Counted from the stretch's first letter, positions 9,795 to 17,640 are shown. The stretch is 64,000 nucleotides of DNA from an uncultured Candidatus Saccharibacteria bacterium (GCA_964349945.1 CAYGIH010000001.1:297218-361217), one strand, 5' to 3'. A program made the numbers and translations. The notes: a model not told the origin generated them from the sequence alone.

Positions 9795-10925
9795 TTATTT
9801 TTTTGATTGAAGCCTGATTGGTTTATTTGAAACAATATCCTTTAATAATGATTCTAATTTAATAGTGGCTACACACACCACCGAATCTGCTCCTCCGTAA
9901 TACACGAACAACCACCCATCAACTACTACTGCGCCGCATGCATAAACAACTCCTGCCTTAAATCCCTCGTTCTCATAAACTTCATCTGGTTCAAGAATGG
10001 GTTGTTTAGAAATAGACACAACCTTTTTGGGATCCTTTAAATCAAGAATCATAGCTCCAAGCTTATATCTATTTGGGTCCTTTATATCCATCGCATGATA
10101 AAGCACTAACCAACCATACTTAGTCTTGATTGGGGCTGGCCCAACACCACGTAGCCATGTATCCCAAGACTTCGAGTGACCTTTACCTGATGGTGGAATA
10201 CTGTGTATAAATTTTGTCCCATCAAATTCTTTTAAATCTTTTATATACTCAATTTGTATATGTGGGGAAATCCCATGTAGGATTGCATACTTTCCGTTTA
10301 TTTTTTGTGGAAAAAGCACCCAATTTTTATGTATTTCATCAGGAGGAGAGATAAAAACATGTGGACTCCAATTCCACCTTTCGTTCACAAAATCTTTAAA
10401 ACTGATTGAGGTCAAAGCAATCCTTATGGCATTCCAACCATTAAACGATGTGTAGAGCATATAAACTCTATCATCTATGAGAGTAAGTCTTGGATCCTCT
10501 ACCCCACCATTCCAGCCACCACCAGAAGAATAATTTATTTTTTTAATATTATCTTTATCTATTGTCTCAAAATGGTAGTTCCGTTGAATATACGCTGGTT
10601 TAGAACCCCTTTTTTCTATAGTAAAGCCGTCTTTGCTCGTCGCATAGCCAAATACTGAAACATCACCAGCTCCAATAGCTCTATAAATTATATGAATTTG
10701 TCCATCTCCAAAAACTGCAGTTGGGTTAAAAGTAGCTTTTGATTGCCAATGAGAGTGGTGCACTGGAGCAATAATCGGATTGGCCACGAACCTTTGGAGC
10801 TGGTGAGGTTTCTTGGCTACTACTCGTTTCTTTATACTAACTTTTGTACGACTCTTTCTGACAACTTTTTTTACAGTTTTTTTCTTTAAAACTTTTTTAA
10901 CTTTCTTTTTCTTAGGTGCGGCCAT
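9795..10925 (-). CDS. GH130 family glycoside phosphorylase-like enzyme with a 45-aa Lys-rich N-terminal extension
   Basis: ANPIIAPVHHSHWQSKATFNPTAV…GGVEDPRLT is a GH130 domain. The N-terminus reads MAAPKKKKVKKVLKKKTVKKVVRKSRTKVSIKKRVVAKK. The ATG overlaps the cupin stop, which suggests translational coupling. Confidence 0.8.
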   Translation of the reverse strand: MAAPKKKKVKKVLKKKTVKKVVRKSRTKVSIKKRVVAKKPHQLQRFVANPIIAPVHHSHWQSKATFNPTAVFGDGQIHIIYRAIGAGDVSVFGYATSKDGFTIEKRGSKPAYIQRNYHFETIDKDNIKKINYSSGGGWNGGVEDPRLTLIDDRVYMLYTSFNGWNAIRIALTSISFKDFVNERWNWSPHVFISPPDEIHKNWVLFPQKINGKYAILHGISPHIQIEYIKDLKEFDGTKFIHSIPPSGKGHSKSWDTWLRGVGPAPIKTKYGWLVLYHAMDIKDPNRYKLGAMILDLKDPKKVVSISKQPILEPDEVYENEGFKAGVVYACGAVVVDGWLFVYYGGADSVVCVATIKLESLLKDIVSNKPIRLQSKK

Positions 10926-11262
10926 ATTTATCTTCTAAACGCTCTATATCATTCTCATCAAATTCTCCATGGGAAATTTCAAGAAACTCCACATCATCAT
11001 CTATGGCGGAAATTCTATGTGCTACTCCTATCGGCACAGTAAATTCATCACCAATATTCGCCCTCGTTACTATTTCACCATCTGTGACTTCTGGAGTACC
11101 TTTCAAAATTTTCCAAAATTCACTGCGCTTATGATGTTCTTGGAGACTCAAACTTTCTCCCCTTTTTACTTTTATGAGCTTCACTGTGACCTTGTCATTT
11201 AGAGTAAATTCTCTAAACTCGCCCCACGGCTTTTGAATTGTAAAAGGTAATTTTGTAGACAT
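10912..11262 (-). CDS. Cupin-domain protein, type II mannose-6-phosphate isomerase (ManC C-terminal)-like
   Basis: KPWGEF…ESLSLQEHHKRSEFWKILKGTPEVTDGE…PIGVAHRISAI…LEISHGEFDENDIERLEDKYGR parallels the PMI cupin of ManC. Confidence 0.7.
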   Translation of the reverse strand: MSTKLPFTIQKPWGEFREFTLNDKVTVKLIKVKRGESLSLQEHHKRSEFWKILKGTPEVTDGEIVTRANIGDEFTVPIGVAHRISAIDDDVEFLEISHGEFDENDIERLEDKYGRT

Positions 11263-11274
11263 AATATGTAGATA

Positions 11275-12063
11275 TCATACACCCATTTGACTCTGTTTTA
11301 TAAGCCCTCTTATGAATTGCTTTGTGTCCTCAATACCAGGGTCCCCTACAGATTTATAGCCAATATTGAGGCGAATTATTGACGTATCGTTGCCATCTTT
11401 ATAAAAAGCATCACCCACATAAAACACTTGTTCACTATTCAAATTGAGAAACTTCATGAGTTTTTCTATCCCATACGCCTTATCTATGCCTTTGGGGGTG
11501 ATGTCTATAGAAGTGGTGCCACCCAACTTCACTGAATATTCAGGGAGTTTCCTTGATAGGACATCTTTTAATTCATCTCTAATTTTCCTGTCTGGGTCCC
11601 ATTTTTCTTTTAGCTCAATGGGCGCCTTCATTCCTAATCCAGAGAAAGTTATCTGCGAACCTCTGTCTTCTATGAGTTCTCCATAGATTCTTTCTTCTTT
11701 TTGAAATCCTGTTTCTTTAAAAGTTTCTTCAAAGGCTTTCAGGATTTTTAGCTTTTCTTCTTGTGCTAACTCATGACTATATACACGTTGCCACTTGTCT
11801 TTATACTCATAAAACGCAGCTCCGTCTGTAGGTAATAAATATAAATTCTTTAATAATTCTGATGGACACACAAGACGGTCCAAAAACTGCTCCTCAAACT
11901 GTTTAAACGATGCCCCAGAGATAACAGCCACCTTTTTAATATTGAGTAAATCACAAAGCAAATCATTCATCTCCACATCAAGTGGAGACTTGCTCTCAGT
12001 GAGGGTTTGATCCAAATCAAAAACAATTACCTCGACTTTTTCCATAGCATAATTATACACCAT
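11275..12063 (-). CDS. HAD-IIB hydrolase, eukaryotic-type phosphomannomutase-like
   Basis: FDLDQTLT DxD motif, ISGASFKQ, and C-terminal GGTTSIDITPKGIDKAYGI…YVGDAFYKDGNDTSI resemble PMM (PF03332). The true start may be Met7 at 12045. Confidence 0.65.
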   Translation of the reverse strand: MVYNYAMEKVEVIVFDLDQTLTESKSPLDVEMNDLLCDLLNIKKVAVISGASFKQFEEQFLDRLVCPSELLKNLYLLPTDGAAFYEYKDKWQRVYSHELAQEEKLKILKAFEETFKETGFQKEERIYGELIEDRGSQITFSGLGMKAPIELKEKWDPDRKIRDELKDVLSRKLPEYSVKLGGTTSIDITPKGIDKAYGIEKLMKFLNLNSEQVFYVGDAFYKDGNDTSIIRLNIGYKSVGDPGIEDTKQFIRGLIKQSQMGV

Positions 12064-12065
12064 TC

Positions 12066-12091
12066 AAAAGCCACCCAGTTGGGTGGCTTTT
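12066..12091. terminator. Bidirectional hairpin terminator
   Basis: AAAAGCCACCCA-GTT-GGGTGGCTTTT is a perfect 9-bp stem flanked by an A-run and a T-run. Confidence 0.6.
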
Positions 12092-12165
12092 GACTATTTC
12101 TTAGCCTTTTTTGGCTTCTTTTTTTCTTTGTTTCCTCTAAGTTGTCCTTTGGCCATATATTTTTT

Positions 12166-12432
12166 TTATACTGCTACTAATTTATTCCATAACCATCCGA
12201 AAACAAGCCCTAGTATGTATCCAATAACTGCCGTCACCACAATGAGAGTCAAGGCGGTCCACACATTGAAAGCAGAAACTACATAAACAGGATTAATCAT
12301 GTGTAGATTGAAAATAAAATCCATCAATCCTTGAGCCCATCCAAACATTATTAATAGTGACCAAGCAAGATGAATACATCCAAACAAAGCACCAAAAGCT
12401 AATCCTACTTTGTGTACATTATGTTTGCTCAT
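12166..12432 (-). CDS. Small integral membrane protein, hypothetical
   Basis: 88 aa with two or three TM segments. Confidence 0.5.
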   Translation of the reverse strand: MSKHNVHKVGLAFGALFGCIHLAWSLLIMFGWAQGLMDFIFNLHMINPVYVVSAFNVWTALTLIVVTAVIGYILGLVFGWLWNKLVAV

Positions 12433-12484
12433 GATACTAAATTTAATAATAATTAGATCCTTTATAATTATACTCTTCTTTTAT

Positions 12485-12515
12485 AAATAAAAATCCACAA
12501 AACATACTTGTGGAT
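12485..12515 (-). terminator. Rho-independent terminator abutting the stop of 12515..12739
   Basis: ATCCACAA-aacatac-TTGTGGAT stem-loop followed by TTTTTATTT on the minus strand. Confidence 0.5.
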
Positions 12516-12739
12516 TAAGACCCTTCAAGGTGATAGAGAAACATGAGCATCACCGAAACTCCAAGACAAAAGAGTGAGGGCCAGAAAACGAGCATCGCCA
12601 TCTTGGAGGCGCGACTGAATGAACCATGAGTCAAACTTACCTTACCATCCTCTCTTAACTGGTTACGTGCGACATATCCAACAGAAAGGATGGTGGCCAC
12701 AAACCACAGCAATGGATAGCTGACAATGAAATTCCACAT
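12515..12739 (-). CDS. Small membrane protein, hypothetical
   Basis: 74 aa, two TM segments. Confidence 0.4.
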   Translation of the reverse strand: MWNFIVSYPLLWFVATILSVGYVARNQLREDGKVSLTHGSFSRASKMAMLVFWPSLFCLGVSVMLMFLYHLEGS

Positions 12740-12807
12740 GAATTTCCTTGGGCTGAATGTTCAATGAATCTCAGACGATTATGACTTTCTAGAAATTCTT
12801 TGTCAAT

Positions 12808-13197
12808 TTATACTTGGGTTTCAATTTTTGGCTCTACAGAGTTCTTTGTGTAAATAAGTGAGAGTGAAAGAGAAGACAAAATGAGGCCGAAATCACGAAC
12901 AGCATTTGGACTTAGTCCGAGGTTAATGGTGATAGGTATAAGGTGAAGAGCAAAGATAAAGGAAATTATCCTTACAAAAAATCCCATGGCAAGCAAGCTT
13001 CCAAGGATAATTTCAAATATTCCATTACCCATCACAATCATGGCGGGAGGTAGATTAAGCAAATTTACAGCCCATTCAGGCACCATCTTCACCCAATTTA
13101 AACTACTTGTTAGCTGAGAAAAACCAAACCACAAGAAAACCGCCGCAAGTCCTAAACGTAATATATGTACTCCTAATTCTTGTCTTGAAATTTTCAT
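12808..13197 (-). CDS. DoxX family membrane protein
   Basis: LRLGLAAVFLWFGFSQL… is a DoxX-like pattern. 129 aa with four TM segments. Confidence 0.65.
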   Translation of the reverse strand: MKISRQELGVHILRLGLAAVFLWFGFSQLTSSLNWVKMVPEWAVNLLNLPPAMIVMGNGIFEIILGSLLAMGFFVRIISFIFALHLIPITINLGLSPNAVRDFGLILSSLSLSLIYTKNSVEPKIETQV

Positions 13198-13203
13198 ATT
13201 TTA

Positions 13204-13545
13204 TTATTTTACTAACACACCAATTTTAAATCCTCCGAGGACGGTTGCTGGTTTTGAACTATCACCATGCTTGCCATTATAACCAGCTGAACCGTCTACC
13301 CCACACAGAGAAAGAATCTTATCCTCGCCCCCAGGATGCTTTGGTATCCAACTGGTAAGATCATATACTCCTCCATTAACTGCTGACCAACAAGAAGTGC
13401 GAGTATTGTGTTTGCTAATTTGCTCCAAGGCAATACTGCTAGTTGTTGATGGTAGAGTAGCAGGCTTCTTGGTCATATAAACCAATGTACCTACGCCTAT
13501 TACTAATAATATTCCAATGAAGATTCCAATTAATTTATTTTGCAT
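13204..13545 (-). CDS. Membrane-anchored cytochrome b5-like heme-binding domain protein
   Basis: N-terminal TM segment followed by HNTRTSCWSAVNGGVYDLTSWIPKHPGG, matching the cyt-b5 H…HPGG motif. Confidence 0.7.
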   Translation of the reverse strand: MQNKLIGIFIGILLVIGVGTLVYMTKKPATLPSTTSSIALEQISKHNTRTSCWSAVNGGVYDLTSWIPKHPGGEDKILSLCGVDGSAGYNGKHGDSSKPATVLGGFKIGVLVK

Positions 13546-13566
13546 TCCACTATTTTATATTAATTT

Positions 13567-14013
13567 TTAATATTCTACATTAATTTCAAACGACACTGAC
13601 GCATCCCTTACACTATCTCCACTTGGATTATCTTTCTTTAGAATCAATGTTCCCTTGCCTATATAATCATTATTTGTCACTTTCAAATCTATTTTAAAAG
13701 GCACAAATTCTGTAGTCATCCACTCCCCTTGTGCCTGAGCTGCTCCTTGGGCGAGTACTTGTCCATCTTTATCCAAAAGTACAACAGGGAAAGAAGCTTC
13801 AAAAAACCATGTGCCTCTAGCTTTACCTAAAACACTAAACTCCTTTCCCACTACCGCATCTGGATATGGAAGTTCAACTTGAATTAAATCCGCACTAGCA
13901 TTTGTATAAACAATATCTCCTATCACCGGTGCCGATGCTTTTGATTTGTACAAAAATAAAATTAGAAAAACCAAAACTATAATAACTCCAATCCAAATAA
14001 ATATTTTTTTCAT
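13567..14013 (-). CDS. Membrane-anchored Gmad2-type immunoglobulin-like domain protein
   Basis: N-terminal TM segment, then GKARGTWFFEASFPVVLLDKDGQVLAQG, a pattern like PF10648. Confidence 0.55.
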   Translation of the reverse strand: MKKIFIWIGVIIVLVFLILFLYKSKASAPVIGDIVYTNASADLIQVELPYPDAVVGKEFSVLGKARGTWFFEASFPVVLLDKDGQVLAQGAAQAQGEWMTTEFVPFKIDLKVTNNDYIGKGTLILKKDNPSGDSVRDASVSFEINVEY

Positions 14014-14014
14014 T

Positions 14015-14413
14015 TTATTTTAATGCGGTGATGATGAAGTACGCAGCAACGCTTGTGAGAGCTGTGACAACCATTCCCCAAGCTATATCTACCAAGGTCA
14101 TAACAAATGGCCAGTTTTCTATAGTCGCATGGTTAGTGAGATCATATGCCCCATATGCCACAAGTCCAAGCAAAGCTCCACGCCAGAGTGCTTCAATCCA
14201 AGATTGTGAGATGACTGCGGGTAAAACAACAAGCACCAGAACTCCAACTGCATAAAGCGGATAGAAGAAAGCCACGGGTACTAAATTCACTGATTTTGTA
14301 AACAGAAACCCCATATGCTCTGCATAAAATCCTTTGGCCAGACCCAAAATCCAAACTGCGTCTAAAACTAATAAGGGAATCAGTACCGCAACGTATGAAA
14401 TAAATATGTTCAT
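14015..14413 (-). CDS. DUF2177-like integral membrane protein
   Basis: 132 aa with four TM segments and an LDAVWILG…FY start typical of DUF2177. The assignment is tentative. Confidence 0.45.
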   Translation of the reverse strand: MNIFISYVAVLIPLLVLDAVWILGLAKGFYAEHMGFLFTKSVNLVPVAFFYPLYAVGVLVLVVLPAVISQSWIEALWRGALLGLVAYGAYDLTNHATIENWPFVMTLVDIAWGMVVTALTSVAAYFIITALK

Positions 14414-14430
14414 ACTCTAATTATACATTA

Positions 14431-14937
14431 TTAAAACTTCCTAGAATCATATGCCCAATGCAGGAGTGCTTGCCTTTGTCTGGGTCTGCAGAAAATATCT
14501 CCAGCTCTACAATTATTCTTGATTTGAGTGATATGCCTTTTCATCGCGAGCCACCTCTTTATCTGCCTTTCATCATCTTTTGTTCGTCGGCCAAGATAAT
14601 ATCTGCAATACCACTGAAACCACCCCCTAGGGTCTTGTGGATTTATCCAACCCTTGGCTCTCCAAACTGCAAGCGACTGACTGGCATTTATTTTAAAGAA
14701 GTTGAGCTCCTTGTGCCTCTTTTTGTCTGTGGTCAACTTAGCTTTAGTGAACCAACTCCGTGGAAACTCTCTGGGTTTATCAGACATATACAAACCACCA
14801 AAAACCCCAAGCTCGAGCATTTGTTTAGGAGTCAAATCTGGTTTAAAGAGTGCTTCAAAATTTTCTATATTTTTTTTCATATATTCTTGAGAAGATTGAA
14901 AAGCTATTTCACTAATTCTCCACCATTTTTCTGCCAC
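14431..14937 (-). CDS. Hypothetical Trp/Arg-rich protein of 168 aa
   Basis: Uninterrupted ORF containing GWINPQDPRGWFQWYCRYYLGRR. No family recognised. The antisense ORF 14458..15024 was judged spurious. Confidence 0.5.
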   Translation of the reverse strand: MAEKWWRISEIAFQSSQEYMKKNIENFEALFKPDLTPKQMLELGVFGGLYMSDKPREFPRSWFTKAKLTTDKKRHKELNFFKINASQSLAVWRAKGWINPQDPRGWFQWYCRYYLGRRTKDDERQIKRWLAMKRHITQIKNNCRAGDIFCRPRQRQALLHWAYDSRKF

Positions 14938-15209
14938 TCAACCACACCACCCATATTCCTTGCATTAGAAAAACCTAATTCGTGCAATTTGTTTTCTGCC
15001 CAACCAGCCCTACCCCCTGACTGACAATATGTATAAATTGGCAAATTTTTAGGTATAGTCTTCACCACATCTACTTCTCTTTCTAATTCTCCTAGTGGTA
15101 TGTGTAGAGCACCTTGGATGTGCCCAGCGTTCCATTCATCTTTCTCCCTTACATCTATAATGACTATCTCTCCACTCTCTATTAGTTTTGATATTTGCTT
15201 GGGATTCAT
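14904..15209 (-). CDS. Single-domain rhodanese (sulfurtransferase)
   Basis: IIDVREKDEWNAGHIQGALHIPLGEL…YCQSGGRA carries the active-site Cys loop. Confidence 0.8.
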   Translation of the reverse strand: MNPKQISKLIESGEIVIIDVREKDEWNAGHIQGALHIPLGELEREVDVVKTIPKNLPIYTYCQSGGRAGWAENKLHELGFSNARNMGGVVEWQKNGGELVK

Positions 15210-15535
15210 ATTTGAATATTAAGAGAGTAGAGGCGGATGGAGAGGACGGAGAGAAGGATGAGGACAAGGAAACCGAGGGTATAGAAGATGAGCTTCACCG
15301 CTTCCCTTTTCAAACCTTCCCAATACATATAGATTGGACGACCAAAGAACAGACTGCTTGTGGTAGCTGCAGAAACTACGAAGAGAAGAAGGAAAATAAT
15401 AGGGTCAATAAACTTTTTGTCCTGCTGACCCAAAGTCTCGCTCGCATGAGTCATGAAGTATGCGACCAAAGCCACATAAACAAATATTCCTAATGCATCT
15501 ACTAGGGCCCAGAAGATTAATTTAGAATTTTTCAT
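15206..15535 (-). CDS. Membrane protein, hypothetical
   Basis: 109 aa with three TM segments. The ORF is 4-nt overlap with the rhodanese gene start. Confidence 0.45.
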   Translation of the reverse strand: MKNSKLIFWALVDALGIFVYVALVAYFMTHASETLGQQDKKFIDPIIFLLLFVVSAATTSSLFFGRPIYMYWEGLKREAVKLIFYTLGFLVLILLSVLSIRLYSLNIQI

Positions 15536-15542
15536 AACTTTT

Positions 15543-15962
15543 TTATATAGTTTCCAATAACTTTATGATTTTATCTCTGGTTATTCTATAAAATTCCAAA
15601 TTTTGTTCATCTGGATCTGTAATGTCCCAATAAGTAATTTTATTATTGTTCTTCAAAAAATCTGGGACTGCATCAGGCTTTACTATAACGATTATTTTAT
15701 CTGCATTCTGAACCATTGCGGGTGTAAGTCTTTTAATAAAATGATTTGATACGTCAACCCCAATTTCATTCAAGCATTCAATCACATATTTGGATGATGC
15801 ACGGTCTTTTAAAAGCATCCCATCAAGATCTTTACCTTCACTACCCATCGCCTCTGTCCCCGCTGACTGCACAAAAAATTCACTATTCATTTTTTGCCTT
15901 AAAATAGCCTCGGCTATTTGGCTCCTTCCTACATTACCTCTGCATACAAAAAGGATATTCAT
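15543..15962 (-). CDS. LMW protein-tyrosine-phosphatase family / ArsC-like arsenate reductase
   Basis: N-terminal ILFVCRGNVGRSQIAEA, the CX5R(S) P-loop. An ArsR regulator is encoded directly upstream. Confidence 0.75.
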   Translation of the reverse strand: MNILFVCRGNVGRSQIAEAILRQKMNSEFFVQSAGTEAMGSEGKDLDGMLLKDRASSKYVIECLNEIGVDVSNHFIKRLTPAMVQNADKIIVIVKPDAVPDFLKNNNKITYWDITDPDEQNLEFYRITRDKIIKLLETI

Positions 15963-16004
15963 GAGGTAAGTTTACTACTATTAATGCATTACTCAACTAT
16001 TCGC

Positions 16005-16268
16005 TTATTCGAGCGAATTAGAGATGTATTTTACAATGTGATGAAGATTAGTTGAAAATTTATAGAACATCTGCAAGCTTCTATGCTCTTTGTCTACAAT
16101 ATCGGCTCCATACAAAACAGCCAGATGTTTTGACGTGGCCTTGAATGACAACTTTATTTCATCAGCAATTTCGCTTACAGTCATTTCCCTTCTCTTTTTT
16201 AAACATCTCACAATCTCAAGTCTGCGTTTGTTCGCCAAAGCTTTCAAAATTCTTTCTAAATTTTTCAT
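16005..16268 (-). CDS. ArsR/SmtB family transcriptional regulator
   Basis: ALANKRRLEIVRCLKKRREMTVSEIADEIKLSFKATSKHLAVL is a winged-HTH ArsR signature. Confidence 0.8.
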   Translation of the reverse strand: MKNLERILKALANKRRLEIVRCLKKRREMTVSEIADEIKLSFKATSKHLAVLYGADIVDKEHRSLQMFYKFSTNLHHIVKYISNSLE

Positions 16269-16289
16269 ATTTTAATTATATTACCTTTT

Positions 16290-16538
16290 TCAAACTATTC
16301 TACCATTCGCGCGAATAAGAGATATGTTTAATGCTGGTGATTGTGTAAATTTATACTTGATGCAAGGACGGTCCTTGCATATTATGGTTTTCACCACATC
16401 TGCCTCAGCTTCTAATTCCCCGAGTGGTATATGCAAAGCTCCTTGTATGTGTCCAGCGTCCCATTCATTTTTCTCTCTTACATCTATAAGTATTATTTTC
16501 CCGTTTTTTATTTGTGCGCTTATTTGTTTAGGATCCAT
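16290..16538 (-). pseudogene. Rhodanese paralogue disrupted by insertion of a 28-bp palindromic element
   Basis: The first 48 aa are about 80% identical to the 14904..15209 rhodanese (…GHIQGALHIPLGELE.E.DVVKTI). The frame then runs through the palindrome at 16359-16386. The 3' end derives from an ArsR-3'-end-like repeat and the catalytic Cys loop is lost. Confidence 0.6.
16359..16386. repeat. Palindromic element copy 1 (gatgcaaggacggtccttgcatattatg)
   Basis: 28 nt, identical to copy 3. The core TGCAAGGAC|GGTCCTTGCA is a perfect palindrome. Confidence 0.8.
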
Positions 16539-16558
16539 ATCTATATTTTATACTATTT

Positions 16559-16581
16559 GATGCAGGACGGTCTTTGCATTA
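16559..16581. repeat. Palindromic element copy 2 (degenerate: gatgcaggacggtctttgcatta)
   Basis: It shares the left flank tttatact…ttgatgca with copy 1. Confidence 0.6.
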
Positions 16582-16608
16582 AAAAATCCGCAAACTACGT
16601 TTGCGGAT
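16581..16608 (-). terminator. Rho-independent terminator after the 16608..16883 gene
   Basis: ATCCGCAAAC-gtag-GTTTGCGGAT (minus sense) is a perfect 10-bp stem followed by TTTTTT. Confidence 0.65.
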
Positions 16609-16883
16609 TAACCCTTCTGAACGAACTGGATGATGTTCAGCACGATTGAAATCGCAAGGAGAATTCCAGAAACCCAAGCGATGACACCAGCGATGGCCAA
16701 GCCGGCAGTACCCTTGAAGAACGCTTGAGAGGTGCTGTCGAACCCTCGCGGATTCAGCATTCCTGAAGGCATCGGGCTCCGACTCATCCTTCTCATCCGT
16801 GAAATCTGGTTGAAGATGAGGTAAATGAACGACACGGCTGCGATAAACAGCCAAACGTACCAATGTTCCATGATGTAGATCAC
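16608..16883 (-). CDS. Membrane protein, hypothetical (GC-rich)
   Basis: 91 aa with two TM segments. GC is higher than in the flanks. The alternative frame 16579..16863 was judged spurious. Confidence 0.45.
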   Translation of the reverse strand: MIYIMEHWYVWLFIAAVSFIYLIFNQISRMRRMSRSPMPSGMLNPRGFDSTSQAFFKGTAGLAIAGVIAWVSGILLAISIVLNIIQFVQKG

Positions 16884-16941
16884 ACAGTCCTCGCGGTTGA
16901 AGGTGCAGAAAACAGCTAGGAGCTATTATGCATATATTGAA

Positions 16942-17181
16942 TCACTTTGTCAATCCAATATATTTGAAGCGGGGTTGGGTGACGCCGTCGCGGGTGACTG
17001 TCTCAAGGAACATGCTGAGTGGGCGGACCCACATTGTGTTCCCTTCCTCACCTTTCACTGGGTCTGGATGAACATAAACAACCATTTTTTCTAAAGTCTC
17101 ACTATCTAATGCAACCCCAATCACCTCAACTTTCATCCCCTTAAAATGTTCGTATAACCCGAGTTTTATTTCTGAATTCAT
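16942..17181 (-). CDS. DUF1653 domain protein, copy 1
   Basis: LGLYEHFKG…SETLEKMVVY…WVRPLSMFLETVTRDGVTQPRF is a DUF1653-like pattern. It is a paralogue of 18454..18669. Confidence 0.65.
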   Translation of the reverse strand: MNSEIKLGLYEHFKGMKVEVIGVALDSETLEKMVVYVHPDPVKGEEGNTMWVRPLSMFLETVTRDGVTQPRFKYIGLTK

Positions 17182-17597
17182 ACTAAATATTTATTTATTA
17201 GTCCACTTATATCATAATCAAAATTAGTTCCAACATTTACAAATTCTAGTGGTAATTCAATAAATTCAAATATTTCTTTCTTCTCTTTATCACTATCTTT
17301 TCTATCATTTCTCATATGCGATGATCCGTTTAATTCGATTGCCAAAATTGGGTGAAAAAATGAATTACAAATTAAAAAATCAATATGTTTAGGAAGAATC
17401 TCATTTCTGTGAGAGTAATACCCCCTGCCACTAGTTGTTTCAATGATATCTGCCACTCTCATTTTTGGAAAAACATAAAAACCATCTGGTAATTGTTTTA
17501 ATAATTCTAGATAAAAAACTTCTTCACTTTTCTCCATTACGCTTTCGCGCTTTTTAAATTCGGATGATTTATCTAAGCTAAAATATTTTTTAAACAT
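17178..17597 (-). CDS. DUF2726-like protein (tentative)
   Basis: 139 aa containing KMRVADII…HIDFLICN…PILAIELNGSSH, a pattern recalled for DUF2726. Confidence 0.4.
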   Translation of the reverse strand: MFKKYFSLDKSSEFKKRESVMEKSEEVFYLELLKQLPDGFYVFPKMRVADIIETTSGRGYYSHRNEILPKHIDFLICNSFFHPILAIELNGSSHMRNDRKDSDKEKKEIFEFIELPLEFVNVGTNFDYDISGLINKYLV

Positions 17598-17610
17598 AAT
17601 ATATTTTTTC

Positions 17611-17638
17611 GATGCAAGGACGGTCCTTGCATATTATG
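17611..17638. repeat. Palindromic element copy 3 (gatgcaaggacggtccttgcatattatg)
   Basis: Identical to copy 1. It lies between the DUF2726-like gene and mscL. Confidence 0.8.
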
Positions 17639-17640
17639 AT

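Noticed and set aside
12094-12156. Micro-ORF encoding MAKGQLRGNKEKKKPKKAKK between gene 12166..12432 and the terminator
   Set aside because: There is no Shine-Dalgarno. The sequence is very short and A-rich, with no match to any small ribosomal protein I can recall. It is probably chance.
14458-15024. 188-aa plus-strand ORF
   Set aside because: It is entirely antisense to the better-supported minus-strand genes 14431..14937 and the rhodanese at 14904..15209. It is low-complexity and Pro/Ser-rich, so a shadow ORF is likely.
16579-16863. 94-aa alternative-frame ORF overlapping 16608..16883
   Set aside because: It overlaps the membrane-protein frame, which has a clean TM topology and a terminator at its stop. 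The alternative is Arg/His-rich low-complexity sequence.
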